Assembly (NCBI GenBank): GCA_035297105.1
Contig: DATGZO010000007.1
Coordinates: forward strand, 18,593 to 82,592
Source of the DNA: Thermoplasmata archaeon
Lineage (GTDB): Archaea > Thermoplasmatota > Thermoplasmata > Lutacidiplasmatales > UBA184
Direction of reading: 5' to 3'
DNA: 64,000 nucleotides
Part shown: piece after piece, positions 35,301 through 43,925 of the stretch
How positions within the stretch are numbered: the stretch's first letter is position 1
Layout of the letters: every line of letters starts with the position of its first letter
Translations under genes and position numbers: made by a program
Notes under the pieces: model-generated
Told to the model about the DNA's origin: nothing
What the model saw: the letters and a program-made list of their open reading frames with translations, nothing else
Databases searched by the model: none

Positions 35301-35408
35301 TCATCGCTTCCGCATCTTCTGGGCCCTCATGCGTCGGCGCATCCGCTTCTTGCGCCACTTCCAGCGCATGTGGCCGCGCTTCTTCCAGACCCGCGACGAG
35401 CGTTTCAT
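35301..35408 (-). CDS. rpl41e: Ribosomal protein L41e (eL41), 35 aa; not in the ORF track
   Basis: The minus-strand translation is MKRSSRVWKKRGHMRWKWRKKRMRRRMRAQKMRKR. It closely resembles archaeal L41e as I recall it (M. jannaschii ...[30 protein letters not shown]...). A TATA-like CCTAATAAAC lies about 30 nt upstream on the minus strand. Confidence 0.8.
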   Translation of the reverse strand: MKRSSRVWKKRGHMRWKWRKKRMRRRMRAQKMRKR

Positions 35409-35523
35409 CCTAAGACGCGCGCGGGTAGGGGTGTCCGTTTATTAGGCTATCCTCGGCCGGAGGGGCGGTTTTCGAGGGCCCGGGCGCCCCGGACGTTATC
35501 TAGACTCCCCCGTTCCGGGCGCG

Positions 35524-35934
35524 ATGCTCACGGTCGCGGACCTGGAGGTCAACGTGCTCGAGTTCCGCCAGCGGTCGTTCTCCTACGACCGCCTCGTGAC
35601 CGTGGGAACGGAGGAGTACGCCGTCTTCACCCGTACCGAGACGGAGAGCGAGAGCCAGTTCCGCCCCCGCCTGGTCCACCTCCACCTGGTCGTTCCGCTG
35701 GCCTGGGTCGTACTGGACGAGCCGAACGACTGCCTTCGGATCTCCCGGGACGGCACGACCGCACCTCCCCGGCTCATCGAAACGGTGCTCGAGGTCGGGG
35801 CCGAGCCGCCCCAGTTCCAGGAACAGGGACTCGCCTGGTCCCGGACCCTCCTGAGCCCGGGGCAACTCCTCTACTCGCCCAGCGAACAGAGCGGACTCCT
35901 CTCGCCCGAGGGGCGCGCGGCCTTGGGCGTGTGA
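35524..35934 (+). CDS. Hypothetical protein
   Basis: 136-aa ORF with high third-position GC and a balanced composition. The antisense ORF 35500..35865 looks like a shadow. No family was recognised. Confidence 0.55.
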   Translation: MLTVADLEVNVLEFRQRSFSYDRLVTVGTEEYAVFTRTETESESQFRPRLVHLHLVVPLAWVVLDEPNDCLRISRDGTTAPPRLIETVLEVGAEPPQFQEQGLAWSRTLLSPGQLLYSPSEQSGLLSPEGRAALGV

Positions 35935-35947
35935 CCGGGCCGACGGG

Positions 35948-36700
35948 TTAGGCTGCGTCCGGCCGCGGTTTCAGCATCCGCGCCAGGATCGCCGCGAAGA
36001 GGCCGCCGATGATCGGGGCCACCCAGAAGAGCCAGTCCTCCTTGATCGCCCACTGTCCCGATGAGTAGAACGCCGAGAGGAGCGCCGGCGCGAAGCTGCG
36101 GGCCGGGTTGACCGACGCTCCGTCCACGGGGATGGCGATGAGATTGGTCATGATCAGCGTGAGGCCGATCCCGAGACCGGCGAGATTCTTCGCCGAGCTG
36201 TCACTCCGGGTCGCGAACAGGATGACGAAGACCAGGAAGAAGGTCAGCGTCACTTCCAGCAGGAAGACCGACCCGACGCTGTATGCGTACGAGGGGACGC
36301 CGCTACCGGAATACCCTTGGGACGCGAACCCATTCAGGCCCGCGACGTTCGAGAGGGATACGCCGCTCAGCCCCGAGAGAACCCCGAGAATGATGGCGAG
36401 CGCGACGATCCCGCCCACGACCTGGGCGATGATGTACGGTACGACGTCCCGCGCGGGGAGTCGTCCGGAGGCCCACATGGCGATGGTCACGGCCGGGTTG
36501 AAGTGACCTCCCGAGATGTCACCCACGGCGTAGATCATCCCGATGACGCCGGCGCCGAGCGAGAGGGAGATGAGCAGAACCCGAGCCGCAACGTCGACCT
36601 GGAGGTACGTAGTGAACAGGGCCGCCCCGCTGACCGAGAGCAGTAGCCCGAACGTTCCGATGAACTCCGCGATGTACTTCTGACTCGAAGACCACGCCAT
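35948..36700 (-). CDS. aqpM: Aquaporin / MIP-family channel
   Basis: Two NPA boxes (HFNPAVTIAMW and VNPARSFAPAL), six hydrophobic helices and the N-terminus YIAEFIGTFGLL. Confidence 0.9.
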   Translation of the reverse strand: MAWSSSQKYIAEFIGTFGLLLSVSGAALFTTYLQVDVAARVLLISLSLGAGVIGMIYAVGDISGGHFNPAVTIAMWASGRLPARDVVPYIIAQVVGGIVALAIILGVLSGLSGVSLSNVAGLNGFASQGYSGSGVPSYAYSVGSVFLLEVTLTFFLVFVILFATRSDSSAKNLAGLGIGLTLIMTNLIAIPVDGASVNPARSFAPALLSAFYSSGQWAIKEDWLFWVAPIIGGLFAAILARMLKPRPDAA

Positions 36701-36726
36701 ACCGAGGGCCGACCAGCGGCCCCCGT

Positions 36727-36738
36727 CTTAATATTTCC
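36727..36738 (-). promoter_or_regulatory. TATA-like box (GGAAATATTAAG on the minus strand) for the aquaporin gene
   Basis: AT-rich 12-mer 27-38 nt upstream of the ATG at 36700. Confidence 0.45.
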
Positions 36739-36790
36739 GTCAGACCGCCAGCGGGGTGCGGTCCCTTCGCCGAACGGGCGCGAGGGGCCC

Positions 36791-37996
36791 TCAAAGTCCG
36801 ACGCGATCGACCACCAGGCTCAGCCCGTTCCCTCCGCCCATGCAGAGAGTGGCCAGGCCGAGCGACTTCCGGGAGCGGACGAGTTCGTGGATCAGCGTCA
36901 CCGCGATCCGGCTTCCGCTCGCGCCGATCGGGTGCCCGAGCCCGATCGCGCCGCCATGAACGTTGAACTGCTCGTCAGTGAAGTGGAACGTGCGCTGAAC
37001 CCCGAGCGAGGCGCTTGCGTACGCCTCATTGTGCTCCACGCGATCGAAGTCGACCGGTTGGAGCCCCGTCTTGGCGAGATGAAGCCGAACGGTCGGGATC
37101 GGGGATTCCATGACATCCCGAGGGTGGACTCCGCTCTCGGCGACCGAGTGGATCCACGCGATCGGTTTGGCGCCCCGGCGCTTGACCTCCGCGGCGCTCG
37201 CGAGGACGAGGGCCGCCCCTCCGTCCGAAAGTTTGGACGAATTGCCCGCCGTGAGGATCCCGTCGGGCGAGAACGCCGGCTTCAGGTGGGCGAGCCCGTC
37301 CAGCGTGGTGTCCGGTCGAGGTCCCTCGTCCATCGACAGGCCCTGGCCTCCCGGGGTCCATTCGGGCGGAACGGGGACCAGTTCGGGGGCAAACGTCCCG
37401 TCGCGATTCGCCTCGGAGGCCCTGAGGTGGCTTCGAAGTCCGAAGGCGTCGACCTCGGATCGGGTCAGCTGGAACTTCTGGGCGATCCGCTCGCCCGTGA
37501 GGCCCATGAGCTCGTGCTCGTCGTACGCATCGATGAGAGAGTCCCGTTGCATCGCGTCGTCCATGGTGTGGGCGCCCGGATGGTTCCCCCACCGAAGAGA
37601 AGCCGGGAGGAGATAGGGCGAATTCGACATGCTCTCCATGCCGCCGACCAGGACCCGGTCGAAGTCGCCGGCCCGGATCGCCGAGTAGCCCCAGTGGATC
37701 GTTTTCATGCCGGAGCCACAGACCATGTTGACGGTGGCGGCCCCGATCGAGTCCGGCACTCCGGCGCCCCGAAGGACCTGCCGGGCCGGGTTCTGCCCGG
37801 CCCCCGCCTGGATCGCCATGCCGAAGAGGACCTCCTGGATCTCCTCGGGGAGGAGCCCCGCTCGGTCGATGGCGGCCCGGGCGGCGAGCGTACCCAGCCG
37901 GGTCGCCGGGAGGGTGCGGAGCGTCCCGCCGTACTTGCCGATGGGCGTACGGACGGCGGAAAGTATCGCGACGGCGTGCTCCGGTTCCCGGATCAT
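36791..37996 (-). CDS. Acetyl-CoA C-acetyltransferase (thiolase II, bacterial-type)
   Basis: AILSAVRTPIGKYGG, the active-site Cys region NMVCGSGMK, NEAYASASL, and GGAIGLGHPIGASG together with CMGGGNG near the C-terminus. Confidence 0.9.
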   Translation of the reverse strand: MIREPEHAVAILSAVRTPIGKYGGTLRTLPATRLGTLAARAAIDRAGLLPEEIQEVLFGMAIQAGAGQNPARQVLRGAGVPDSIGAATVNMVCGSGMKTIHWGYSAIRAGDFDRVLVGGMESMSNSPYLLPASLRWGNHPGAHTMDDAMQRDSLIDAYDEHELMGLTGERIAQKFQLTRSEVDAFGLRSHLRASEANRDGTFAPELVPVPPEWTPGGQGLSMDEGPRPDTTLDGLAHLKPAFSPDGILTAGNSSKLSDGGAALVLASAAEVKRRGAKPIAWIHSVAESGVHPRDVMESPIPTVRLHLAKTGLQPVDFDRVEHNEAYASASLGVQRTFHFTDEQFNVHGGAIGLGHPIGASGSRIAVTLIHELVRSRKSLGLATLCMGGGNGLSLVVDRVGL

Positions 37997-38067
37997 CGAT
38001 CGTGGAGCCGCGGCCGGATTATCAAGTCTGCGCGCCCGTACGGTCGCCGCGGTCGGACCGAGCCGCG

Positions 38068-38796
38068 CTAGTCCTCTTCGACCCGGGGCGCGAGGAGGTA
38101 TCGCCCTTCCCCGCGGCCGGTTCCCATCGAGAACTCGATCTTGAGCGGGTATTCGTTGCCCACGTGGAGCGTCGCCTCCTCGGCCGTGATCGCCTTGACC
38201 ATCGCCGAGAAGAAATCGAGCGGGTACATGCTCTTCACCGGCTCCTTCACCTCGAGCTTGGTCAGGGCGTCCTTCGGAAGGCGGAGGTCGAGGCGGTCCG
38301 TGTCGCCCTCCGAATGCATGGTGAAGGCCTCGGCGTCGAGGCTCAGGGTGACGTGGTCCGTGAAGCTCTCGCTGCCGCGGATCCCCTGCCGCAGGTCCTC
38401 CATCTTGACCGTCACGCTCGCGGGCGGGGTCACGTTGGGGACCTTGGGGTCGGTGATGCCGGCGGGGTCCACCACCGCCATCTGCCGGGTGAGTCGTCCG
38501 ACGCTTGCGATGAGGCGCTTCCCGTCGAACTGAAGCTCGAGGATGTCCCCGGGTTTCGAGAGCCGCAGGACCTCCTTCAGCTTGTCAACGTCCACGCCGA
38601 CCTCCGTGGGTTCCCCCGTGAACTCCTCGAAGATCGGTTTGTGCAGCTTGAGCACCAGCATCGCGACGTGGGAGGGGTCCACCGCCTTCGCCTCCAGTCC
38701 GTCCTTCGAGATGGAGAGCTTGACCTCCGTGACGAGGGTGGAAACCACCTCCACGACTTCGCGGAGGTTTTCCATCTTGATACGGACCTTAAACAT
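38068..38796 (-). CDS. pcn: DNA polymerase sliding clamp PCNA
   Basis: 242 aa. Carries ...ISKDGLEAKAVDPSHVAMLVLKL..., ...YPLDFFSAMVKA... and ...PLKIEF...YLLAPRVEED, the typical archaeal PCNA pattern and acidic C-terminus. Confidence 0.9.
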   Translation of the reverse strand: MFKVRIKMENLREVVEVVSTLVTEVKLSISKDGLEAKAVDPSHVAMLVLKLHKPIFEEFTGEPTEVGVDVDKLKEVLRLSKPGDILELQFDGKRLIASVGRLTRQMAVVDPAGITDPKVPNVTPPASVTVKMEDLRQGIRGSESFTDHVTLSLDAEAFTMHSEGDTDRLDLRLPKDALTKLEVKEPVKSMYPLDFFSAMVKAITAEEATLHVGNEYPLKIEFSMGTGRGEGRYLLAPRVEED

Positions 38797-38897
38797 CGTT
38801 GGCCTCGGCTTCGCACATCGGTCGCCTCTAAAAGGGTTGCTTTGGCGGTTCGGACCCGGCCGGTCGCCGCAAGGCGTTTGGGGGCCGCACCGGTGGG

Positions 38898-39659
38898 ATG
38901 TCCATGACCGAACTCGCCTACCTCGCCGACCTCCCGTCGGCGTACGTGCGAGCGTTCCGCTCCCGGGTCACGGCCCTGCCCCCGGGCGGGGTCGTGCTGG
39001 AGCGGACGTACTTCTACCCGACCGGAGGGGGCCAGCCGGCCGACCACGGCGTGCTCCGCATCGGAGAGCACCGATGGGAGGTTACGGACGTGGGTCGCTC
39101 GGGCTCGGCTGTGGTCCACCGGATCCGGGCCGTGGGTGGGGCTCCTCGCGCTCCGCCGATCGGTGGAGAAGTGGAAGGCGAGCTCGATTGGGCTCGGCGC
39201 TACCGCCACATGCGCCTGCATACGGGCCAACACCTGTTGAGCGCCCGCGTGTTTTCCCGTACCGGACTGAGGACCGTGAAGGCCAACCTCTCGGGCGCGA
39301 CCGCTTCCCTCGACCTGGAAGGGGAGCTCGACCCCGCCCTGATCCGGGACCTCGAGAGCGACCTCGGGGAGGCGCTTCGATCGCCGCACACCGTGTCGAT
39401 ACGGCAGGTGCCACGCGCCGAATGGGATGCCCGTCCTACGGCACCGAGGTCCGGTCTCGTTCCGCTCGCACCCCAGGTCGACCCCGTCCGGGTCGTGGAG
39501 ATCGAAGCGGAGGATGCCTGCCCCTGCGGAGGGACCCACGTCCGCTCCACCGCCGAGATCGGACGCACCCGCCTGGCGCCGCCCGTCTCTCGCCCCGGCG
39601 CTGGCTCCCGGCTCGTCTTCACCCTGGTCGAGACCGAGTTGACCGCTCCGCCCGCGTGA
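38898..39659 (+). CDS. alaX: Alanyl-tRNA editing protein AlaX (AlaX-M type)
   Basis: YFYPTGGGQPADHG, the zinc-binding HTGQHLL (HxxxH) and CGGTH motifs belong to the threonyl/alanyl-tRNA synthetase editing domain. Confidence 0.85.
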   Translation: MSMTELAYLADLPSAYVRAFRSRVTALPPGGVVLERTYFYPTGGGQPADHGVLRIGEHRWEVTDVGRSGSAVVHRIRAVGGAPRAPPIGGEVEGELDWARRYRHMRLHTGQHLLSARVFSRTGLRTVKANLSGATASLDLEGELDPALIRDLESDLGEALRSPHTVSIRQVPRAEWDARPTAPRSGLVPLAPQVDPVRVVEIEAEDACPCGGTHVRSTAEIGRTRLAPPVSRPGAGSRLVFTLVETELTAPPA

Positions 39660-40170
39660 CCCCGTACAGGTGGGCGTCGTGCCACCGCGCGTGGTGGTAA
39701 AGGGCCGACCGAAGCGTCCCCTCACGCTGGAACCCGAGCCCCTCGACGAGTCGACACGACGCGGTGTTCTCCACGTCGCACGTGGCCCCGACCCGCTCGA
39801 CGGAGGTCGTACGGAACACATGGTCGACCAGCAGACCCACCGCCTCTCGTCCGTACCCCCGGCCCCGGGCCGAGGCATCGCCGATGAGATACCAGACCTC
39901 GACGGTCTGGAGCACGGGATGGGAGACGTAGTGGCCGACCACGCCCACGGCGCCGTGCGCTCCGAGGGGTTCCACGGCGAACCGGGGAGCCAGGGACAAC
40001 ATATCCGCGCTCGCCTCACGGACCGACTCGGCGAAGGAATCGTACGTGTCGGTGAAGAACCGGTCGTAGGGAGCCACGAGGTCCGGGTCGCTGTACCATT
40101 CAAACACGCGGGGAAGGTCCGCCGCCTCCAGCGGGCGGAGGCGGACTTTCGTCCCCTCGACTACCACCAC
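39619..40170 (-). CDS. GNAT-family N-acetyltransferase (RimJ/RimL-like)
   Basis: VRLRPLEAADLPRVFEWYSDPD at the N-terminus, then the acetyl-CoA motif ARGRGYGREAV. Its 3' end overlaps the convergent alaX gene by about 41 nt. Confidence 0.85.
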   Translation of the reverse strand: MVVVEGTKVRLRPLEAADLPRVFEWYSDPDLVAPYDRFFTDTYDSFAESVREASADMLSLAPRFAVEPLGAHGAVGVVGHYVSHPVLQTVEVWYLIGDASARGRGYGREAVGLLVDHVFRTTSVERVGATCDVENTASCRLVEGLGFQREGTLRSALYHHARWHDAHLYGVTRAERSTRSRPG

Positions 40171-40176
40171 GGAGAC

Positions 40177-40563
40177 CTACCGGGTGGCGCGTCCGTGCCG
40201 GGCCGCGTCCGATTCGCCCTCGGCCGGGGTCGCGACGGCCCGGGGCTCGACCGGGAAGGTGGTCTCTTCGAGTTCGACCCGCTGGACCTCGAGCGCCGCC
40301 CGGTGACCGGTCGCGGTCAAGGAAAGCACGTGCTTAGGCTCCGAGTATCCCACGACGTACTGGGTTCGTCGGTAGATCATCCGGGACATTTCGAGAATGC
40401 GCAGGGCGTTCTTCAGTGCCGCGGGGTCCTCGCCCGCGAACTTTCGCGCGATCCCGAACTCGGTGGTCCACTGGTCCGCTTCGAACCGGACCTGGTTGCC
40501 CCGATGTTCGAGCAGATGGACGAGGAGGAGACGCTCGATGCGACTGAGCTCCTCGCGCGTCAT
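40177..40563 (-). CDS. Hypothetical protein, possible winged-helix DNA-binding protein
   Basis: 128 aa. ELSRIERLLLVHLLEH...TTEFGIARKF...ALRILEMSRMIYRR resembles a wHTH layout. This is inference only. Confidence 0.55.
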   Translation of the reverse strand: MTREELSRIERLLLVHLLEHRGNQVRFEADQWTTEFGIARKFAGEDPAALKNALRILEMSRMIYRRTQYVVGYSEPKHVLSLTATGHRAALEVQRVELEETTFPVEPRAVATPAEGESDAARHGRATR

Positions 40564-40580
40564 GGTTGGTTCGCGGGCGA

Positions 40581-40805
40581 TCAGGCGATCGTCGTGATCT
40601 CGTAGTTCACGTCGAGTCCCTTCAGCCGCTCATGCATCTCGGTGACGAGATGGATCACGTCGTCCAGCGTCGCCTTCTCCTTCCACTTGAACACAAAGTC
40701 GTGCATTCCCATCGACTCCTCGAACCCGACCGAGCGCATCGCTTCGAGTACCTTCGTGGGGTCGGCGCCCTCGGAGTGAAAGGTCATCCGGACGTACGTT
40801 CGCAT
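40581..40805 (-). CDS. Small hypothetical protein (74 aa, alpha/beta)
   Basis: Clean ORF with a non-biased composition (MRTYVRMTFHSEGADPTKVLEAMRSVGFEE...). It is separated by 17 nt from the downstream gene on the same strand. Confidence 0.6.
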   Translation of the reverse strand: MRTYVRMTFHSEGADPTKVLEAMRSVGFEESMGMHDFVFKWKEKATLDDVIHLVTEMHERLKGLDVNYEITTIA

Positions 40806-40854
40806 GCGCTCCCCCGCTCGAGAGTGTGGGTAAGTCGTGTTTAGGCGGCCCTCC

Positions 40855-40866
40855 GTTTATATATGC
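40855..40866. promoter_or_regulatory. TATA box (GTTTATATATGC) in a divergent intergenic region
   Basis: TTTATATAT lies 27-35 nt upstream of ATG 40891 (epimerase), which implies a leaderless mRNA. Confidence 0.5.
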
Positions 40867-40890
40867 TTCCCTAACTCGTGGGAACCCCGA

Positions 40891-41853
40891 ATGAAGGGGC
40901 CGAACCCCGGGGGAGCGGTCGTCGTCACGGGCGGGGCCGGAGCGATCGGCTCGTGGCTCGTCCGGAGCCTCGTCGAGCGAGGCGCGACCGTGCGGGTCCT
41001 CGACAACCTCTCCACCGGTCGCCGCGAGCTACTTCCCACCTCCCCCCGAATCACGCTGACCACGGCCGACCTGAGCCATCCGGGCCCCTGGTCGGAGCAG
41101 TTCGCCGGTGCCTCCAGCGTCTGGCACCTCGCGGCCAACCCGGACATTCGGCTGGGGACGGCCGATCCCCGGGTCGACGTCGAGAACGGGACGCTGGCGA
41201 CGTTCCACGTGCTCGAGGCAGCGCGCCGCCACGACGTGACCTCCGTCTCCTACTCCTCCTCGAGCGTCGTCTACGGACAGGCCAAGGTCTTGCCGACCCC
41301 GGAAGAGTACGGTCCGCTCCTTCCCGAGTCGATGTACGCGGCCGGAAAGCTGGCGGCCGAGGGCCTCGTATCGGCGTACGCGCACTCCTACGGCATCCGA
41401 GGACACATCTACCGGTTCGCGAACATCATCGGTCCCGGGATGGGACACGGCATCCTCCCCGACTTCTTCGCGAAACTGCGGGCCGACCCGACGCGTCTCG
41501 AGGTCCTGGGGGACGGTCATCAGGCGAAGAGCTACCTCCGAACCGAGGATTGCGTCGCGGCGATGCTCCTCGGCGCGGGGCAGGCCCAGGAACCGGTGAA
41601 CGTGTTCAACCTCGGGAACGCCGACCGGATCACGGTCCGGGAGATCGCGGAGAAGGTCGTCGCAGCCCACGGAGGTCGCGCCCGAATAGACTACACCGGA
41701 GGGACCCGGGGTTGGGTCGGCGACGTGCCGCAGCAACTGCTCGCGATCGACCGGATCCAGCGACTCGGCTGGAGCCCGCGCTACAACAGCGCCGGGGCGA
41801 TCGACCGCACCATCGCCGAGCTCCAAGCGGCTGCCGGTTCGGGACGGGGCTAG
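40891..41853 (+). CDS. NAD-dependent epimerase/dehydratase (UDP-sugar 4-epimerase-like)
   Basis: VVVTGGAGAIGSWLV (Rossmann fold), SSSSVYG and the catalytic YAAGKLAAE (YxxxK). I chose the internal ATG 40891 of the listed ORF 40837..41853 based on the TATA spacing. Confidence 0.88.
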   Translation: MKGPNPGGAVVVTGGAGAIGSWLVRSLVERGATVRVLDNLSTGRRELLPTSPRITLTTADLSHPGPWSEQFAGASSVWHLAANPDIRLGTADPRVDVENGTLATFHVLEAARRHDVTSVSYSSSSVVYGQAKVLPTPEEYGPLLPESMYAAGKLAAEGLVSAYAHSYGIRGHIYRFANIIGPGMGHGILPDFFAKLRADPTRLEVLGDGHQAKSYLRTEDCVAAMLLGAGQAQEPVNVFNLGNADRITVREIAEKVVAAHGGRARIDYTGGTRGWVGDVPQQLLAIDRIQRLGWSPRYNSAGAIDRTIAELQAAAGSGRG

Positions 41854-42875
41854 CCCGCGACCGCCCGATAGACCGCCAGATGGGCCTCGACGATCCGGGG
41901 CCACGCGAATCGGTCCAAGGCGGCGGCGCGGGCCGCTTCCCCGATCCGGCGGCGGAGTCCCCCGTCCGCGAGCAGCGCTTCCGCGTGGACCCGCGTCGAC
42001 GCCCGAAAGGTCGTCGGGTCGGCGTCCGCGATGACCCAGCCGGTCCGGTCGTTCTCGACGACCCCTTCTACCGCGCTCCCGCCGAGGATGGGCAATCCGG
42101 CGGACAGGCCCTCGAGCACGGTCGCGGATAGGATCTCGACGGCACTCGGATGCACCAGGAAGTCGCTCTCCGCGTACAGCCGTCGGAGGTCGGTCTCCGA
42201 TACTTCGCCGAGCAGCTCGACCGAGTCGCCCGCCGCACGGACCTGGGCCGCGTACTCGGGCGATGGCTGAGGTCCCGCGATGCGGAGCTGGACGCCGGTA
42301 CCCCGCAGCGCCTGCGCGGCCCATTCCCATCGCTTGAACGGGAGCACCACTCCGACCCCGAGGGCCCGTCGGCCGGTGCGAGCGTCCCAGTCCGGCTGAA
42401 ATCGTTCCGTGTCCACCCCGAAGGGGATCACCGAGATCGGTAGGGGGTGCGGGCTGGGAACCTGGCTGCGCATGGTTCGGGCCAGGGGTTCGGTCAAGGC
42501 CACGGTGGCCCGGGCGCGCCGCACGGCGCGACGCTCGAGCCAGTAGCCCCACTGGTGGGAGAGCTGGGTCCGGTAGAACCAGTGACGGGAGTGGGACGTG
42601 TAGACGAACGGGAATCCTCCCAGGGCGAGTCGATTGGCGACGACCGGCGTGTGGGCGTGCAGTACGTCGTACCGCTCCGCCCGGATCAGCCGAGGTACCT
42701 CGAGAGCGAACGGGATCTCGTCCCGGGTCCGTCGCCGGCGAACTCGATTGATCACGATCGCCTCGTGGCCCGCCGCGATGAGCCCGGTTCGGAGGTCGTC
42801 GATGATTCGCTCGACCGCACCGTACCCCGTCGGGGGGATCGGTTGCACGCCGCCCCCGAGGAGAAGAATCCGCAC
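41850..42875 (-). CDS. Glycosyltransferase, GT4 (GT-B, RfaB-like)
   Basis: VRILLLGGGVQPIPPTGYGAVERII at the N-terminus. The C-terminal E-x7-E-like region is HPSAVEILSATVLEGLSAGLPILG. The GTG start at 42875 was chosen because a TATA-like box lies 20-30 nt upstream. The listed ORF is open to 43307. Confidence 0.82.
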   Translation of the reverse strand: MRILLLGGGVQPIPPTGYGAVERIIDDLRTGLIAAGHEAIVINRVRRRRTRDEIPFALEVPRLIRAERYDVLHAHTPVVANRLALGGFPFVYTSHSRHWFYRTQLSHQWGYWLERRAVRRARATVALTEPLARTMRSQVPSPHPLPISVIPFGVDTERFQPDWDARTGRRALGVGVVLPFKRWEWAAQALRGTGVQLRIAGPQPSPEYAAQVRAAGDSVELLGEVSETDLRRLYAESDFLVHPSAVEILSATVLEGLSAGLPILGGSAVEGVVENDRTGWVIADADPTTFRASTRVHAEALLADGGLRRRIGEAARAAALDRFAWPRIVEAHLAVYRAVAG

Positions 42876-42895
42876 GCGTCCCTCACCGACCGAGA

Positions 42896-42907
42896 GACTA
42901 ATTAAGC
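42896..42907. promoter_or_regulatory. TATA-like box (GACTAATTAAGC) between divergent glycosyltransferase genes
   Basis: AT-rich near-palindromic element 21-32 nt upstream of the minus-strand GTG at 42875. It is also about 65-75 nt upstream of ATG 42973. Confidence 0.4.
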
Positions 42908-42972
42908 GGCGGACACGCTGGGGTACTCCCGCGGGGCCTCGGCCCCGGTACTCCGCGGACCTTGGGATTCGT

Positions 42973-43806
42973 ATGGGCACGGTCTGTGTGGAGATTGCCG
43001 TCCGGGACGATCCGCGGCTCCTGAAGGCGCTGGAATCGCTCGCGAACCAGACCCGCCTCCCCGAGCGGGTCTTCGTCGCCGCCTCGCCGAAGTCCCCGGA
43101 CGCGCTGGTCGAGGCCGCGACGACCCGATGGCCGTCGATCCACGTCCAACTGGTCCGCTTCGCTGGGGGACCCGTGGATGCTCGGACCTCCTCGCTGCCG
43201 TACCTGAAGGAGGACACGACCGCCTTCCTCGACTCGGACGAGATCGCGCCCCCGGATTGGCTCGCCACGATCGTCGCCCCCATCGAACAGGGACGCGCGT
43301 CGTACACCGGTGGGCCGACCCGCCCGCTCCGCGCCGCGGAGAACCCGATCGAGCGGTACTATGAGCTGCTCGAGGAATCCATCTACGCCGACCTCGTGCC
43401 GGCGAGCGTGACCTACCTGCCGCTCGGGAACTCGGCCTGGCGTACCTCCCTCCTCCACGAGTTCGGGTTCGACCCCCGGGTGACCGCGGAGGACCACGAC
43501 CTCGAGACGCGGGTCCGCCGCGCGGGACACGCGGGTCTCTTCCTCCCCGAAGCGTGGGTCTACCACGACAAGAGCAACGAGACGAGCTACTACCGGTGGG
43601 CGCGGAAGCGCTACCTGTACCTGTTCCAGATGGCGATGTCGATCCTGAAGAACGGAGAGCTCCGCGACCGACTCTCCGAGCACCGGAAACCCGTCCGTCA
43701 CCCGCTTCGGTACGTGGAGGCGATGATGAAGCCGTTCGCCCTCGCCCATGCGTGGGTGCGGTGGTCCCGGGTCGGTGGCCCGGACGTTCCTCCTCCTCCC
43801 TCGTAA
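42973..43806 (+). CDS. Glycosyltransferase, GT2 family
   Basis: VCVEIAVRDDPRLLKALESLANQT resembles a GT-A N-terminus. FLDSDEIAPPDW supplies a DxD motif, and AEDHDL is present. The ATG at 42973 lies in frame within the listed ORF 42634..43806. Confidence 0.8.
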   Translation: MGTVCVEIAVRDDPRLLKALESLANQTRLPERVFVAASPKSPDALVEAATTRWPSIHVQLVRFAGGPVDARTSSLPYLKEDTTAFLDSDEIAPPDWLATIVAPIEQGRASYTGGPTRPLRAAENPIERYYELLEESIYADLVPASVTYLPLGNSAWRTSLLHEFGFDPRVTAEDHDLETRVRRAGHAGLFLPEAWVYHDKSNETSYYRWARKRYLYLFQMAMSILKNGELRDRLSEHRKPVRHPLRYVEAMMKPFALAHAWVRWSRVGGPDVPPPPS

Positions 43807-43925
43807 GGGCGCAGGAGACCCCGAGCGGGGCGGGGCCTCCGAACACGCCCACCGACCCCTTCCCGCCCACCCAGGCCGTGCGCTCGCCGGGAAAACCTTA
43901 AGCGAGCCCCCGGTTCGGCGGGGCC

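Noticed and set aside
38577-40103. 508-aa minus-strand ORF across alaX and the GNAT gene
   Set aside because: It has a shadow-frame composition (Arg/Pro/Ser/Gly/Trp-rich). It conflicts with two genes that carry clear catalytic motifs.
41850-43307. Full 485-aa ORF for the GT4 glycosyltransferase, and the analogous long extensions of the ORFs 24568..25920, 29834..31006, 42634..43806 and 51969..53540
   Set aside because: The N-terminal extensions are compositionally shadow-like. They overlap neighbouring genes or promoters and precede obvious conserved N-termini. Internal starts with TATA or SD support were chosen instead.
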